Positions 1 to 8,701 of a DNA stretch of 28,338 nt are shown piece by piece. The DNA comes from Tubiluchus corallicola. Its lineage: Eukaryota; Animalia; Priapulida. The notes under the pieces are model-generated. The model saw nothing but the letters and a program-made list of their open reading frames with translations. It was not told the DNA's origin and searched no databases. Position 1 is the first letter of the stretch; each line of letters starts with the position of its first letter. The position numbers were made by a program, and so were the translations under genes. The stretch spans positions 1 through 28,338 of the forward strand of contig JAQGDQ010002461.1 of the NCBI GenBank assembly GCA_030141605.1, in the 5' to 3' direction.

Positions 1-479
1 GTATCCGCTTGCTTCTCAGCATAAAAAAACTTTACTTCTCCTAGCGCCGGTGGATCATTTGTATCCTCTAAGAGCAAAACTTGATCATTATCCTTGAATT
101 CAAGTTTAAACTTAAATGTCATCTGTAAAGTTGGTATGGTAGCATCTACTACCTCATCAGAAACCTCTTCCCATTCTCCTTCCCCTTGCATAGTAGTACC
201 AGAACTAAATTCAAATGTGCCGTCAGCATTAAATGCAAAAGTAGCAAGAGTTTCACCTGCCTGAGCTGCTAATTCTGCTTCTGTTTTTGTTCCAGCCATT
301 CCTTTAACATCCCATGATGTGCCTTCTAGTTTTTCAACTGGCGTCGTAGATGGCGTACCTGGATCAGGATCAGGGTCAGGATCACTACTACTACTACAAG
401 AAGTCGTCAATAACATTGCACTCATGCCTAAAAATAAGGCGATTCCTAATAGGTAATTAATTTTTTTTGAACTTTTCAT
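1..479 (-). CDS. Lipoprotein with an uncharacterised ~110-aa repeat domain (lipocalin-like beta-barrel suspected); paralog 1, runs off the window edge
   Basis: Not in the ORF track because it is truncated; translated by hand from the ATG at 479: MKSSKKINYLLGIALFLGMSAMLLTTSC-SSSSDPDPDPDPGTPSTTPVEKLEGTSWDVKGMAGTKTEAELAAQAGETLATFAFNADGTFEFSSGTTMQGEGEWEEVSDEVVDATIPTLQMTFKFKLEFKDNDQVLLLEDTNDPPALGEVKFFYAEKQAD... It has a basic N-region, hydrophobic H-region, lipobox TTSC and an acidic Ser/Asp-Pro tether. The LxGTxW...FNADGTF...GxW pattern resembles Bacteroidota lipocalin-like lipoproteins (inference). Confidence 0.85.
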   Translation of the reverse strand, partial: MKSSKKINYLLGIALFLGMSAMLLTTSCSSSSDPDPDPDPGTPSTTPVEKLEGTSWDVKGMAGTKTEAELAAQAGETLATFAFNADGTFEFSSGTTMQGEGEWEEVSDEVVDATIPTLQMTFKFKLEFKDNDQVLLLEDTNDPPALGEVKFFYAEKQAD

Positions 480-571
480 TTAAATATTTTTTAGTAAATT
501 TAATGTCTACTCTATTTTTTTTATAGCTTTTCGACATCCGCTATGTCTTTTCATTCTGAAAATGAAAAAGG

Positions 572-579
572 CAAAGATA
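572..579 (-). promoter_or_regulatory. Bacteroidota housekeeping-sigma -7 box (TATCTTTG) for lipoprotein paralog 1
   Basis: Matches TAnnTTTG ~93 bp upstream of the ATG, with a TTG ~20 bp further upstream; conserved in the duplicate. Confidence 0.65.
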
Positions 580-725
580 AATGTTTTTTTATCATAAACA
601 ATAACTTACACAAAAAATACAATTTTGTTACATAGCTTCCTTAGAGATATTAAAATGAAAAATTTAAAAAATAAGAAAATCCAGCTTGTCTATTGCTTTT
701 TGGCTATCTTAATTATTTACATTAA

Positions 726-761
726 AATAAAAAAAGGAAGATTTGGCCAAATCTCCCTTTT
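726..761 (-). terminator. Intrinsic terminator after lipoprotein paralog 2
   Basis: The minus strand reads AAAAGGGAGATTT-GGCC-AAATCTTCCTTTT followed by a T-rich run, ~30 bp after the stop. The one + strand mismatch is a G-U pair on the minus strand. Confidence 0.8.
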
Positions 762-788
762 CTATTTTTTTAATTTATCTTGCTCCCC

Positions 789-1619
789 TTACTCTTCCAC
801 ACGCTTTTTAGCATAAAAAAACTGTTCTCCTTCTATGGCTAATGGATCACTCGTGTCCTCTAAGATCAAAACTTGATCATCATCACTGAACTCAAGTTTA
901 AACTTAAATGTCATCTGTGTTGGTATAGTGGCATCTACTACATCATCAGAAACCTCTTCCCATGTTCCAAGCTCGTACGCAGGAGTACGATCATATATAA
1001 ACGTGCCGTCAGCATAAAAGCCAAAAGTAACAAGGGTCACATCCTCCTGAGCTGCTAATCCTGCTTCTATTTTTGATCCACCTATTCCTTTAACCTCCCA
1101 GTAGGTTTGTTTTAGTTTTTCAACTGGCGTCGACGCATCAGGATCAGGATCACTACTAGTGCTAGCATAAAAAAACTGTACTCCTTTTATGGCTAATGGA
1201 TCACTCGTGTCCTCTAAAAGCAAAACTTGATCATTACCACTGAATTCAAGTTTAAACTTAAATGTCATCTGTAAAGTTGGTATGGTAGCATCTACTACCT
1301 CATCAGAAACCTCTTCCCATTCTCCTTCCCCTTGCATAGTAGTACCAGAACTAAATTCAAATGTGCCGTCAGCATTAAATACAAAATTAGCAAGAGTCAC
1401 ATTCTCCTTAGCTACTGATTCTGCTTCTGCTTTTGACTCCCCCACTCCTTTAACATCCCATGATGTGCCTTTTAGTTTTTCAACTGGCGTCGTAGATGGC
1501 GTACCTGGATCAGGATCGGGATCACTACTTACTACTACAAGAAGTTGTCAATAACATTGCACTCATGCCTAAAAATAAGACAGCTCCTAATAAGTAATTA
1601 ATTTTTTTGAACTTTTCAT
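789..1619 (-). pseudogene. Two-domain lipoprotein, paralog 2, with a frameshifted signal peptide (pseudogene, phase-OFF allele or sequencing error)
   Basis: Aligns to paralog 1 from the ATG at 1619. A T7 run at 1602-1608 (T8 in paralog 1 at 461-468) gives a TAG at 1587-1589. An extra base at ~1530 in the AGT repeat restores the frame. The ORF-track ORF 789..1445 covers most of the two tandem domains, joined by STSSDPDPDASTP. Confidence 0.8.
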
Positions 1620-1708
1620 TTAAATATCTTTGGTGAACTTAATGTCTACTCTATTTTTTTCTAGCTTTTCGACATTCGCTATGTCTTTCGTTTTGAAAAT
1701 GAAAAAAG

Positions 1709-1716
1709 CAAAGGTA
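1709..1716 (-). promoter_or_regulatory. -7 box (TACCTTTG) for lipoprotein paralog 2
   Basis: TAnnTTTG at the position homologous to 572-579; it differs only at an nn position. Confidence 0.65.
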
Positions 1717-1777
1717 AATGTTTTTTTTTATATAAACAATAACTCACACAACTTCCTTTATTTTAATAAGTTTTTTA

Positions 1778-1785
1778 TACCTTTG
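1778..1785 (+). promoter_or_regulatory. -7 box (TACCTTTG) for uvrA
   Basis: TAnnTTTG overlapping the ORF-track GTG at 1785, which implies the real start is the ATG at 1809. Confidence 0.65.
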
Positions 1786-1808
1786 TGGCAAAAAATATTG
1801 TTTTGAGT

Positions 1809-4607
1809 ATGAAGCTTGATAATATAGGATTTGAACATATAGAGGTTTACGGCGCTCGTGAACATAATTTGAAAAACATAGATGTAAAAATTCCACGTAA
1901 CCAACTCGTAACAATAACAGGAATTAGTGGAAGTGGGAAATCCTCGCTAGCCTTTGACACCATATATGCAGAGGGCCAACGGCGCTATATGGAAAGCTTC
2001 TCTTCATATGCTCGTACTTTTATGGGAGGAATGGAACGCCCTGATGTAGATAAAATAGAAGGATTAAGTCCTGTCATTTCCATTGAACAAAAAACAACCT
2101 CGCGAAATCCTCGTTCTACTGTGGGTACAGTCACTGAAATATATGACTTTATGCGACTATTATTTGCCCGAATATCTGAAGCATTTTCTTATATCACAAA
2201 TAAAAAAATGCAAATACAAAGTGAAGCGCAGATTTTAGAGCATATACTAAACTCTTTTCAAGGACAGCTTATTATAATACTATCTCCTGTTGTAAAAGGG
2301 AGAAAAGGGCATTATAGAGAATTGTTTCAGAAGATATTAAAAATGGGTTTTTCCAGAGCTCGCATAGATGGAGAAATGCAAGAGGTGCATGCTAAAACAC
2401 AAGTAGATAGGTATCAAAACCACGATATAGAAATAGTGATAGATAGGCTAAGAGTATCAAGCAAAAATAAGCATAGAATAGCACAATCTATACATACTGC
2501 TATGACGCACAGCAGCGGGCAAATATTGATTTTGGATGAGAACAATAAAAAGCATTATTTTTCAAAACAGCTCATGGAAGTAGAAACAGGACTATCATAC
2601 AATACTCCCGCTCCCAATTCATTCTCCTTTAACTCTCCATATGGTGCGTGTCCTAAATGCAATGGATTAGGAACAATAGAAGTGTTTGATGAGAACATAA
2701 TTTTTCCCAATAAAGCATTATCCATCAGACAAGGTGGGTTGGCTCCGCTTGGAAATTATAGAGACACATGGATATATAAGCGCATAGAAGAAATACTTAA
2801 TGCACACCATTTGACAATAAATAGCCCCATTAGCGAATTTTCAGAGTCTGTGATTCAGCAATTATTATACAACTCCAAAGAGTTGAATATGAGGCAAACA
2901 GGATTTAAAGGTATCATTCATTACATTGGCTTGTTAAGTTCTACAAAAAATGTAAAAGAATGGATGGAAAAACATTCCGTAATGCAAGTTTGTCCTGAAT
3001 GCAGCGGAAAGAGGCTAAAAAAAGAATCGCTGTTTTTTAAAATAGACGGAAAAAATATTCATGATTTGGCAACCCTTAGCATCAATGAGTTATACAATTG
3101 GTTTGAGAATTTAGAAAGCCGACTTAATGAAAAGCAAAATGTCATTGCTAAAGAAATTTTAAAAGAAATAAGAAAGCGTTTAACATTTTTGCTCGACGTT
3201 GGACTTTATTACTTACAACTAAGTAGACCTTTAAGAACTTTATCTGGTGGAGAAGCACAACGTATTAGATTAGCCACACAGATAGGCACACAACTTACAG
3301 GCGTGTTATATATATTAGACGAGCCAAGCATAGGCCTGCACCAAAGAGATAATGACAAGCTTATTGAGTCTTTAAAAAAATTAAGAGATATAGGCAACAG
3401 CATTCTTATTGTAGAGCATGATAAAGATATCATGTTAAAATCTGATTATATAATAGATATGGGTATTGGGGCAGGCATACATGGTGGAAAAATTGTAACA
3501 CAAGGAAACCCTAATAAGTTCATAGCAAAAAATCAAAGCATTACAGTAGGCTACCTAAATCAAACAAAAAAAGTAGAAATAAAAGAGAGAAAAAGAAAAA
3601 AAAATCAAAACACCTTAACACTGAAAGGAGCAACAGGAAACAACTTGAAAAATGTTAACATACAGTTTCCATTAGGTAATATAATTTGCATTACAGGCGT
3701 TTCAGGAAGTGGCAAGTCTTCTCTCATCCATGAAACATTATCCCCCATTCTATACAAGCATTTTTATAATTCATCCAAAACCCCACTGCCTTATAAATCA
3801 ATTGAAGGGCTAGAGCACATTGACAAAGTAATAGAAGTAGATCAACAACCCATAGGAAGAACTCCCCGCTCTAACCCTGCTACTTATACCAAAGTGTTTA
3901 CAGAAATTAGAAATTTATTTACTCAATTGTCCGAAGCAAAAATCAGAGGCTATTCTTCAGGAAGGTTTTCATTTAATGTCAAGGGAGGAAGGTGCGAGAC
4001 GTGTAGGGGCGGTGGTATTCAAAAAATAGAAATGGATTTTCTGCCTTCTGTCTTTCTAAAATGCCCTACATGTAGGGGAAAAAGATATAATAGAGAAACT
4101 TTGGAAGTTCGTTATAAAGGCAAGTCCATTTCCGATGTGTTGGAAATGACTGTAGAACAGTCTGTAGAGTTTTTTAAAAGTATTCCTAAGATATATAATA
4201 AAGTTAAGACATTAAAAAGCGTAGGGTTAGGATACATCACCTTAGGGCAACACGCCACTACACTTTCTGGGGGCGAAGCACAAAGGGTAAAACTTAGCAC
4301 TGAGCTATCAAAAAAATCTACTGGAAAAACTTTTTATATATTGGACGAACCTACAACAGGACTTCATTTCCAAGACGTGCAATTGTTGCTTAATGTGGTA
4401 AATAAATTAGTAGAAAAAGGAAACACTGTGGTTATTATTGAGCATAATTTAGACGTGATTAAAGAGTCTGATTACATTATAGATTTAGGATTGGAGGGAG
4501 GAAAAGAAGGCGGTGATATAGTATGTTGTGGAAGTCCAAAAAAAATATTGCAAAACAAAAAAAGCCACACTGTGCGTTATCTTCAAAAGGAACTTATGGA
4601 GAGGTAG
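1809..4607 (+). CDS. uvrA: Excinuclease ABC subunit A
   Basis: GAREHNLKN, two Walker A motifs ([18 protein letters not shown]), two LSGGEAQR signatures, LDEP Walker B motifs and CxxC zinc fingers. Start moved to the ATG at 1809 because of the promoter position. Confidence 0.98.
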   Translation: MKLDNIGFEHIEVYGAREHNLKNIDVKIPRNQLVTITGISGSGKSSLAFDTIYAEGQRRYMESFSSYARTFMGGMERPDVDKIEGLSPVISIEQKTTSRNPRSTVGTVTEIYDFMRLLFARISEAFSYITNKKMQIQSEAQILEHILNSFQGQLIIILSPVVKGRKGHYRELFQKILKMGFSRARIDGEMQEVHAKTQVDRYQNHDIEIVIDRLRVSSKNKHRIAQSIHTAMTHSSGQILILDENNKKHYFSKQLMEVETGLSYNTPAPNSFSFNSPYGACPKCNGLGTIEVFDENIIFPNKALSIRQGGLAPLGNYRDTWIYKRIEEILNAHHLTINSPISEFSESVIQQLLYNSKELNMRQTGFKGIIHYIGLLSSTKNVKEWMEKHSVMQVCPECSGKRLKKESLFFKIDGKNIHDLATLSINELYNWFENLESRLNEKQNVIAKEILKEIRKRLTFLLDVGLYYLQLSRPLRTLSGGEAQRIRLATQIGTQLTGVLYILDEPSIGLHQRDNDKLIESLKKLRDIGNSILIVEHDKDIMLKSDYIIDMGIGAGIHGGKIVTQGNPNKFIAKNQSITVGYLNQTKKVEIKERKRKKNQNTLTLKGATGNNLKNVNIQFPLGNIICITGVSGSGKSSLIHETLSPILYKHFYNSSKTPLPYKSIEGLEHIDKVIEVDQQPIGRTPRSNPATYTKVFTEIRNLFTQLSEAKIRGYSSGRFSFNVKGGRCETCRGGGIQKIEMDFLPSVFLKCPTCRGKRYNRETLEVRYKGKSISDVLEMTVEQSVEFFKSIPKIYNKVKTLKSVGLGYITLGQHATTLSGGEAQRVKLSTELSKKSTGKTFYILDEPTTGLHFQDVQLLLNVVNKLVEKGNTVVIIEHNLDVIKESDYIIDLGLEGGKEGGDIVCCGSPKKILQNKKSHTVRYLQKELMER

Positions 4608-4669
4608 AAATATTGCCAACAATAAATTTTTCGTTTTTATCAATTTTAAATAATTTTTTTTACTCAAAA

Positions 4670-6127
4670 TCAATTCCTCACCCAAAAATATGGAGAAAAC
4701 AGAATGAGTACAGTAATAAGTTCCAAACGCCCTCCAAGCATTAAAAAAGCAAGTACCCATTTAGTAGCATCAGGCAAATGAGCAAAATCATTGGCTGGCC
4801 CAACACTACCAAAACCTGGACCTATATTGCCTAAACAAGTAGCCGTAGCTCCTATTGCCGTCATGAAATCTAAGCCCATAACAGATATAATCATCGTACC
4901 AATAGCAAATACCATAAAATACATAATAGTAAATGCTAATACACGATAGGTAATATCTTGTGTAATGTTTTTGCGATTTAATTTTACAGGAATAATAGCA
5001 AAAGTGTGTATTTGTCGTTTAAATTCTAATATCGTATTTTTTAATAATATAACATGCCTTACTACCTTTACTCCTCCCGCTGTAGAACCAGCTGAACCAC
5101 CAACAAACATCATCATAAAAAAAACAATAGACAAGAACGGTATCCACATAGTATAATCTTTCGTAACATAACCTGTTGTTGTAACAATAGAGATAAATTG
5201 AAATGCGCCATGTCTAAACGACCCCTCTAATGTTTCATTAGTTGTCAGATATAGGGTTATTGTTAGCATTACAAGAAAGAAAAGAGTGAAAAAAGTATAA
5301 AATTTAAACTCTTCATTCTTCCATACAATCTTAAACTTTCCTTGCAAGGCAAAGTAAGTTACAACAAAGTTTGTCCCTGCCAAAAACATAAAGACCATAA
5401 TTATATAATGTATAGTAGGATTCTCAAAAGCAGCAATACTACCCTGTTTTGTAGAAAACCCTCCCGTTGCCAGTGTTGTAAAAGCGTGATTAACAGCATC
5501 ATAGAAGGGCATTCCTGCCGTCCACAGCAAAACAGTTTCTAATGCTGTTAAGCCCACATACACCATCCATAACCGCTTAGCTGTACTTGTTATTCTTGGT
5601 TGTATTTTATCTGGATTTACCCCGGGAGCCTCCGCTCCAAACAACTGCATCCCCCCTATTCCTAAAAATGGAAGAACGGCAATAGCAAGTACAATAATTC
5701 CCATTCCTCCTATCCATTGTGTAAGGCTTCGCCAAAAAAGTATTCCCTTGGGCACAGACTCTATATCTTGCAATATCGTTGCTCCAGTAGTAGAAAAACC
5801 TGATAAGGTTTCAAAAAAAGCATCTGTAAAATTGGATATTGTTCCACTTAATAAATAGGGAAATGTGCCAAAAACAGACATGGTTATCCACACCAGTGTT
5901 ACTATAATAAATCCGTCCTTTTTTCGCCAATAGGCATTTTTTGAGTCTCGCGTAAGAAACCAAGTGATTAGGCTTATAAGTAAAACGATAGCACTAGAAA
6001 CTAATATGGCGCTTACATCATTTTTATCTTTATATATCAACGCAACTGGCAGGCAAAGAAGCATGAACAAACCGCTAATAAACCAAGTGATTGACAAAAT
6101 GAATAAGATAAGTTTGTATTTTTTCAT
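4670..6127 (-). CDS. trkH: Trk K+ uptake membrane subunit
   Basis: Four pore-loop motifs (SGFSTTGAT, LATGGFS, VTTTGY, LGNIGPG), GGMGIIV, GGSAGSTAGG and GRLE. Start taken at the ATG at 6127, just after the trkA stop. Confidence 0.95.
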   Translation of the reverse strand: MKKYKLILFILSITWFISGLFMLLCLPVALIYKDKNDVSAILVSSAIVLLISLITWFLTRDSKNAYWRKKDGFIIVTLVWITMSVFGTFPYLLSGTISNFTDAFFETLSGFSTTGATILQDIESVPKGILFWRSLTQWIGGMGIIVLAIAVLPFLGIGGMQLFGAEAPGVNPDKIQPRITSTAKRLWMVYVGLTALETVLLWTAGMPFYDAVNHAFTTLATGGFSTKQGSIAAFENPTIHYIIMVFMFLAGTNFVVTYFALQGKFKIVWKNEEFKFYTFFTLFFLVMLTITLYLTTNETLEGSFRHGAFQFISIVTTTGYVTKDYTMWIPFLSIVFFMMMFVGGSAGSTAGGVKVVRHVILLKNTILEFKRQIHTFAIIPVKLNRKNITQDITYRVLAFTIMYFMVFAIGTMIISVMGLDFMTAIGATATCLGNIGPGFGSVGPANDFAHLPDATKWVLAFLMLGGRLELITVLILFSPYFWVRN

Positions 6128-6134
6128 TACACTT

Positions 6135-7469
6135 CTATGCAAAAAGCTTTTCTATTTTTCTAACAACTTGATATTTACTTATTACCACCACTCTATCGTT
6201 AGTTTTAAATTGAAAATCGCCATGTACTACATAAGCCTTATTATCTCTTACCACCCCTCCAAGAATCGCATCATTAGGAAAATTCATCTCCAATGTTTTT
6301 TTGCCATTAATTTTTGATTTTTCTGTCACAACAAACTCTACTACTTCTCCTTCTGTTCCATGTATTCCCATCAGTGAGACAATTTCTCCTTTGCGCACAT
6401 ATCGGGTAATGAAATTGACCGCAATATGTTTTTTGTTAATAAATGCGTCTACTCCAATGTTTTGTGACAAGTGAATATAATCTATATTGCCCACCAATGC
6501 TATTGTTTTAGGAACTCCCATACGTTTGGCTAACAAACAAGAAACAATATTAGTCTCTGTATTATCTGTTACTGCAATAAATGCATCCATATTTTCGATA
6601 TTCTCTTCCTTAAGTAGCTCCATATCATTGTAACTCCCATTACATAAAAGTATATGGTCGTCTAATGAATCTACTATTTCCTCGCATCTTTGCCTATTTT
6701 CTTCAATAAGCTTCACTTTAAACTTCCACAGCCGCCGTGCGGTATAATATCCTATTTTTGTCCCCCCTATCACCATTACATCTTTTACTGGTTCTTGCTT
6801 TACTTTTGAAAATTTCAAAACTTCTGGTATCCCTTCAGACACAGCCAAAAAATAGACATGATCTCCTTCCAGCAGCATAGTATCACCTTTAGGTATAATT
6901 GTTTCTGTTTTTCGCAAAATGGCAATAACAATAAAATATCCATTGGGATTAAACTGGTTTGTGTCTTTTAGTTTTACTCCATTTAATACACTATCTTTTT
7001 CTATAACAATGCCTAGCATATTTAACAATCCCTCATCAAACTCGAATATATCCGTTATAGCAATACTCTTTAATAATCTTCTGATTTCACGAGCAGCCAA
7101 CAACTCAGGAGAAATTATTTCATCTACTCCTATCTCTTTAAGTTCTTTTTTCTTTTTAAAAAACTCTGGTTGCTCTATTCTAGCTACTGTTCTTTTGGCT
7201 CCTATTTTTTTAGCAAGGGCACAAGTAGCTATATTTACAGACTCTAATGAGGTAGAGGCGACAAAAATATCTGCTTTGCTTGTGTGGGCATTTTCAAGCA
7301 CAGAAAAAGAGAGCAAATTCCCCGTTACAACAGATATATCTAATTGAGAAGCAATGTATTCTGCTCTGGCACTGTTTTTTTCAATAAGAACCACATCGTG
7401 AGCTTCTATTGCTAAAACCTTAGCAAGGTGAAACCCTAATTCTCCTCCACCAGCAATGACTACATTCAT
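6135..7469 (-). CDS. trkA: Trk K+ uptake NAD-binding gating subunit
   Basis: 444 aa with two RCK_N/RCK_C halves, N-terminal IAGGGELG and second VIGGTKIG; directly upstream of trkH. Confidence 0.95.
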   Translation of the reverse strand: MNVVIAGGGELGFHLAKVLAIEAHDVVLIEKNSARAEYIASQLDISVVTGNLLSFSVLENAHTSKADIFVASTSLESVNIATCALAKKIGAKRTVARIEQPEFFKKKKELKEIGVDEIISPELLAAREIRRLLKSIAITDIFEFDEGLLNMLGIVIEKDSVLNGVKLKDTNQFNPNGYFIVIAILRKTETIIPKGDTMLLEGDHVYFLAVSEGIPEVLKFSKVKQEPVKDVMVIGGTKIGYYTARRLWKFKVKLIEENRQRCEEIVDSLDDHILLCNGSYNDMELLKEENIENMDAFIAVTDNTETNIVSCLLAKRMGVPKTIALVGNIDYIHLSQNIGVDAFINKKHIAVNFITRYVRKGEIVSLMGIHGTEGEVVEFVVTEKSKINGKKTLEMNFPNDAILGGVVRDNKAYVVHGDFQFKTNDRVVVISKYQVVRKIEKLFA

Positions 7470-7523
7470 AAGAAAATATTGTTATTCTTGAACAATTTTA
7501 AACAAACGATTCTATATTTTTAT

Positions 7524-8042
7524 TTAATATTTAATATTGCAATTTGGCAATTTTTGTTTTAGTTGATCTATCTGCGTTTCAGAAAGTGAGTTCCCTTCCA
7601 AATTCAAATTTTGCAAATTACTTGCAGCACCTACCTTTACAGAATGTACAGAAATATTATTATATGATAAATTTAAATCTTGTAACACAGGAAGCTCTGA
7701 TACAATTTTAGGAATACTACTAAGTTGATTATCCCACATATCCAATACTTGTAAATTAATTAATTTTTTCATTCTATTGGGCAACCGCTTTATTTCGTTT
7801 CTATGCAAATATAGTTCTTGTAAATGTACCAAATTTTCTATACTATCAGGGACTTTAACAAGCATACTATAAGACAAATTAAGCTTGTACACCTTTTCTC
7901 CCTTTCTTTCTGCTTCTAATGCCTCTTTCACAGACCTAAACATCTGCTGTTCTTCTAGTTCTCCATCACTCAAAAGTGTTTGAGAAAAAGCTTTTAATTG
8001 AAAAAAACTAAATAACACTAAACATACAACAAGTTTTTGCAT
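7524..8042 (-). CDS. Small secreted leucine-rich-repeat protein
   Basis: Sec signal peptide (AFS-Q) followed by ~5 LRRs with a 23-aa period (e.g. LQELYLHRNEIKRLP, LQVLDMWDNQLSSIP) and a C-cap LKQKLPNCNIKY. Confidence 0.9.
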   Translation of the reverse strand: MQKLVVCLVLFSFFQLKAFSQTLLSDGELEEQQMFRSVKEALEAERKGEKVYKLNLSYSMLVKVPDSIENLVHLQELYLHRNEIKRLPNRMKKLINLQVLDMWDNQLSSIPKIVSELPVLQDLNLSYNNISVHSVKVGAASNLQNLNLEGNSLSETQIDQLKQKLPNCNIKY

Positions 8043-8068
8043 AACATTACATTCTTTTTAATACAAGT

Positions 8069-8605
8069 TTAATATATATTTTTTGTTTTATATAAAATAT
8101 CCCACAAAATTATACCCACACTCACAGAGATATTAAAGGAGTGTTTTGTCCCATACTGAGGTATTTCTATTGACAAATCAAGGCGCTCTATAATTTCATC
8201 ACTTATGCCCATCACTTCATTGTTAAACACCAATGCAATATTTCTATTGCTATCAGGCACATACTCGTGCAAAAGCGTACTTCCTTCCATTTGTTCCACA
8301 GCTGCTATAATATAATTGTCTTGTTTCAGCTGTTGTACTGCCTCCAATGTTGTTGAACAATAGTGCCATTCTACTGACTCTGTTGCTCCCAATGCCGTTT
8401 TGTGAATCTCGCGATGTGGCGGCGACGCCGTAATTCCACAAAGTATAATTTTCTCAACCAAAAAAGCATCTGCTGTTCTAAATATAGCTCCCACATTGTG
8501 CATACTCCTCACATTATCCAAAATTATTACAATAGGATTTTTTTTAAGCGCCTTAAAGTGTTCTACTTGTGCTCTTTTTAACTCTTCTATATTTTTCTTT
8601 TTCAT
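8069..8605 (-). CDS. TrmH/SpoU-family (SPOUT) RNA 2'-O-methyltransferase
   Basis: LDNVRSMHNVGAIFRTADA, KTALGA and IEIPQYGTKHSFNISVS motifs. Confidence 0.92.
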   Translation of the reverse strand: MKKKNIEELKRAQVEHFKALKKNPIVIILDNVRSMHNVGAIFRTADAFLVEKIILCGITASPPHREIHKTALGATESVEWHYCSTTLEAVQQLKQDNYIIAAVEQMEGSTLLHEYVPDSNRNIALVFNNEVMGISDEIIERLDLSIEIPQYGTKHSFNISVSVGIILWDILYKTKNIY

Positions 8606-8701
8606 AAACTTACATATATTTTTCTTTGCAAATTAATCGACATCTATATATATTCGTATCTTGCATAATTTGCACAACAAATTTATAATTTCTGGTAAAC
8701 T

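Larger units (their letters stand above)
16..1751. repeat. Tandem segmental duplication (period ~1.14 kb) with three copies of the domain-coding unit: ~16-350, ~808-1130 and ~1163-1490
   Basis: 16-613 aligns with 1163-1751, including ~130 bp of upstream non-coding DNA. 95-234 and 1241-1380 are identical over 140 bp. 808-1130 is a third, more diverged copy of the domain. Confidence 0.95.

Noticed and set aside
625-816. 63-aa + strand ORF
   Set aside because: Very AT-rich, runs through the terminator hairpin, overlaps the lipoprotein 3' end and has no recognisable motif.
16-1490. Diversity-generating retroelement TR/VR pair
   Set aside because: Differences between copies involve all four bases rather than being adenine-specific, every copy is coding, and no reverse transcriptase is present in the window.
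873-1554. + strand ORFs 873..1058 and 1282..1554
   Set aside because: Antisense shadows of the lipoprotein gene.
1717-1808. SOS/LexA box upstream of uvrA
   Set aside because: No recognisable palindromic operator.
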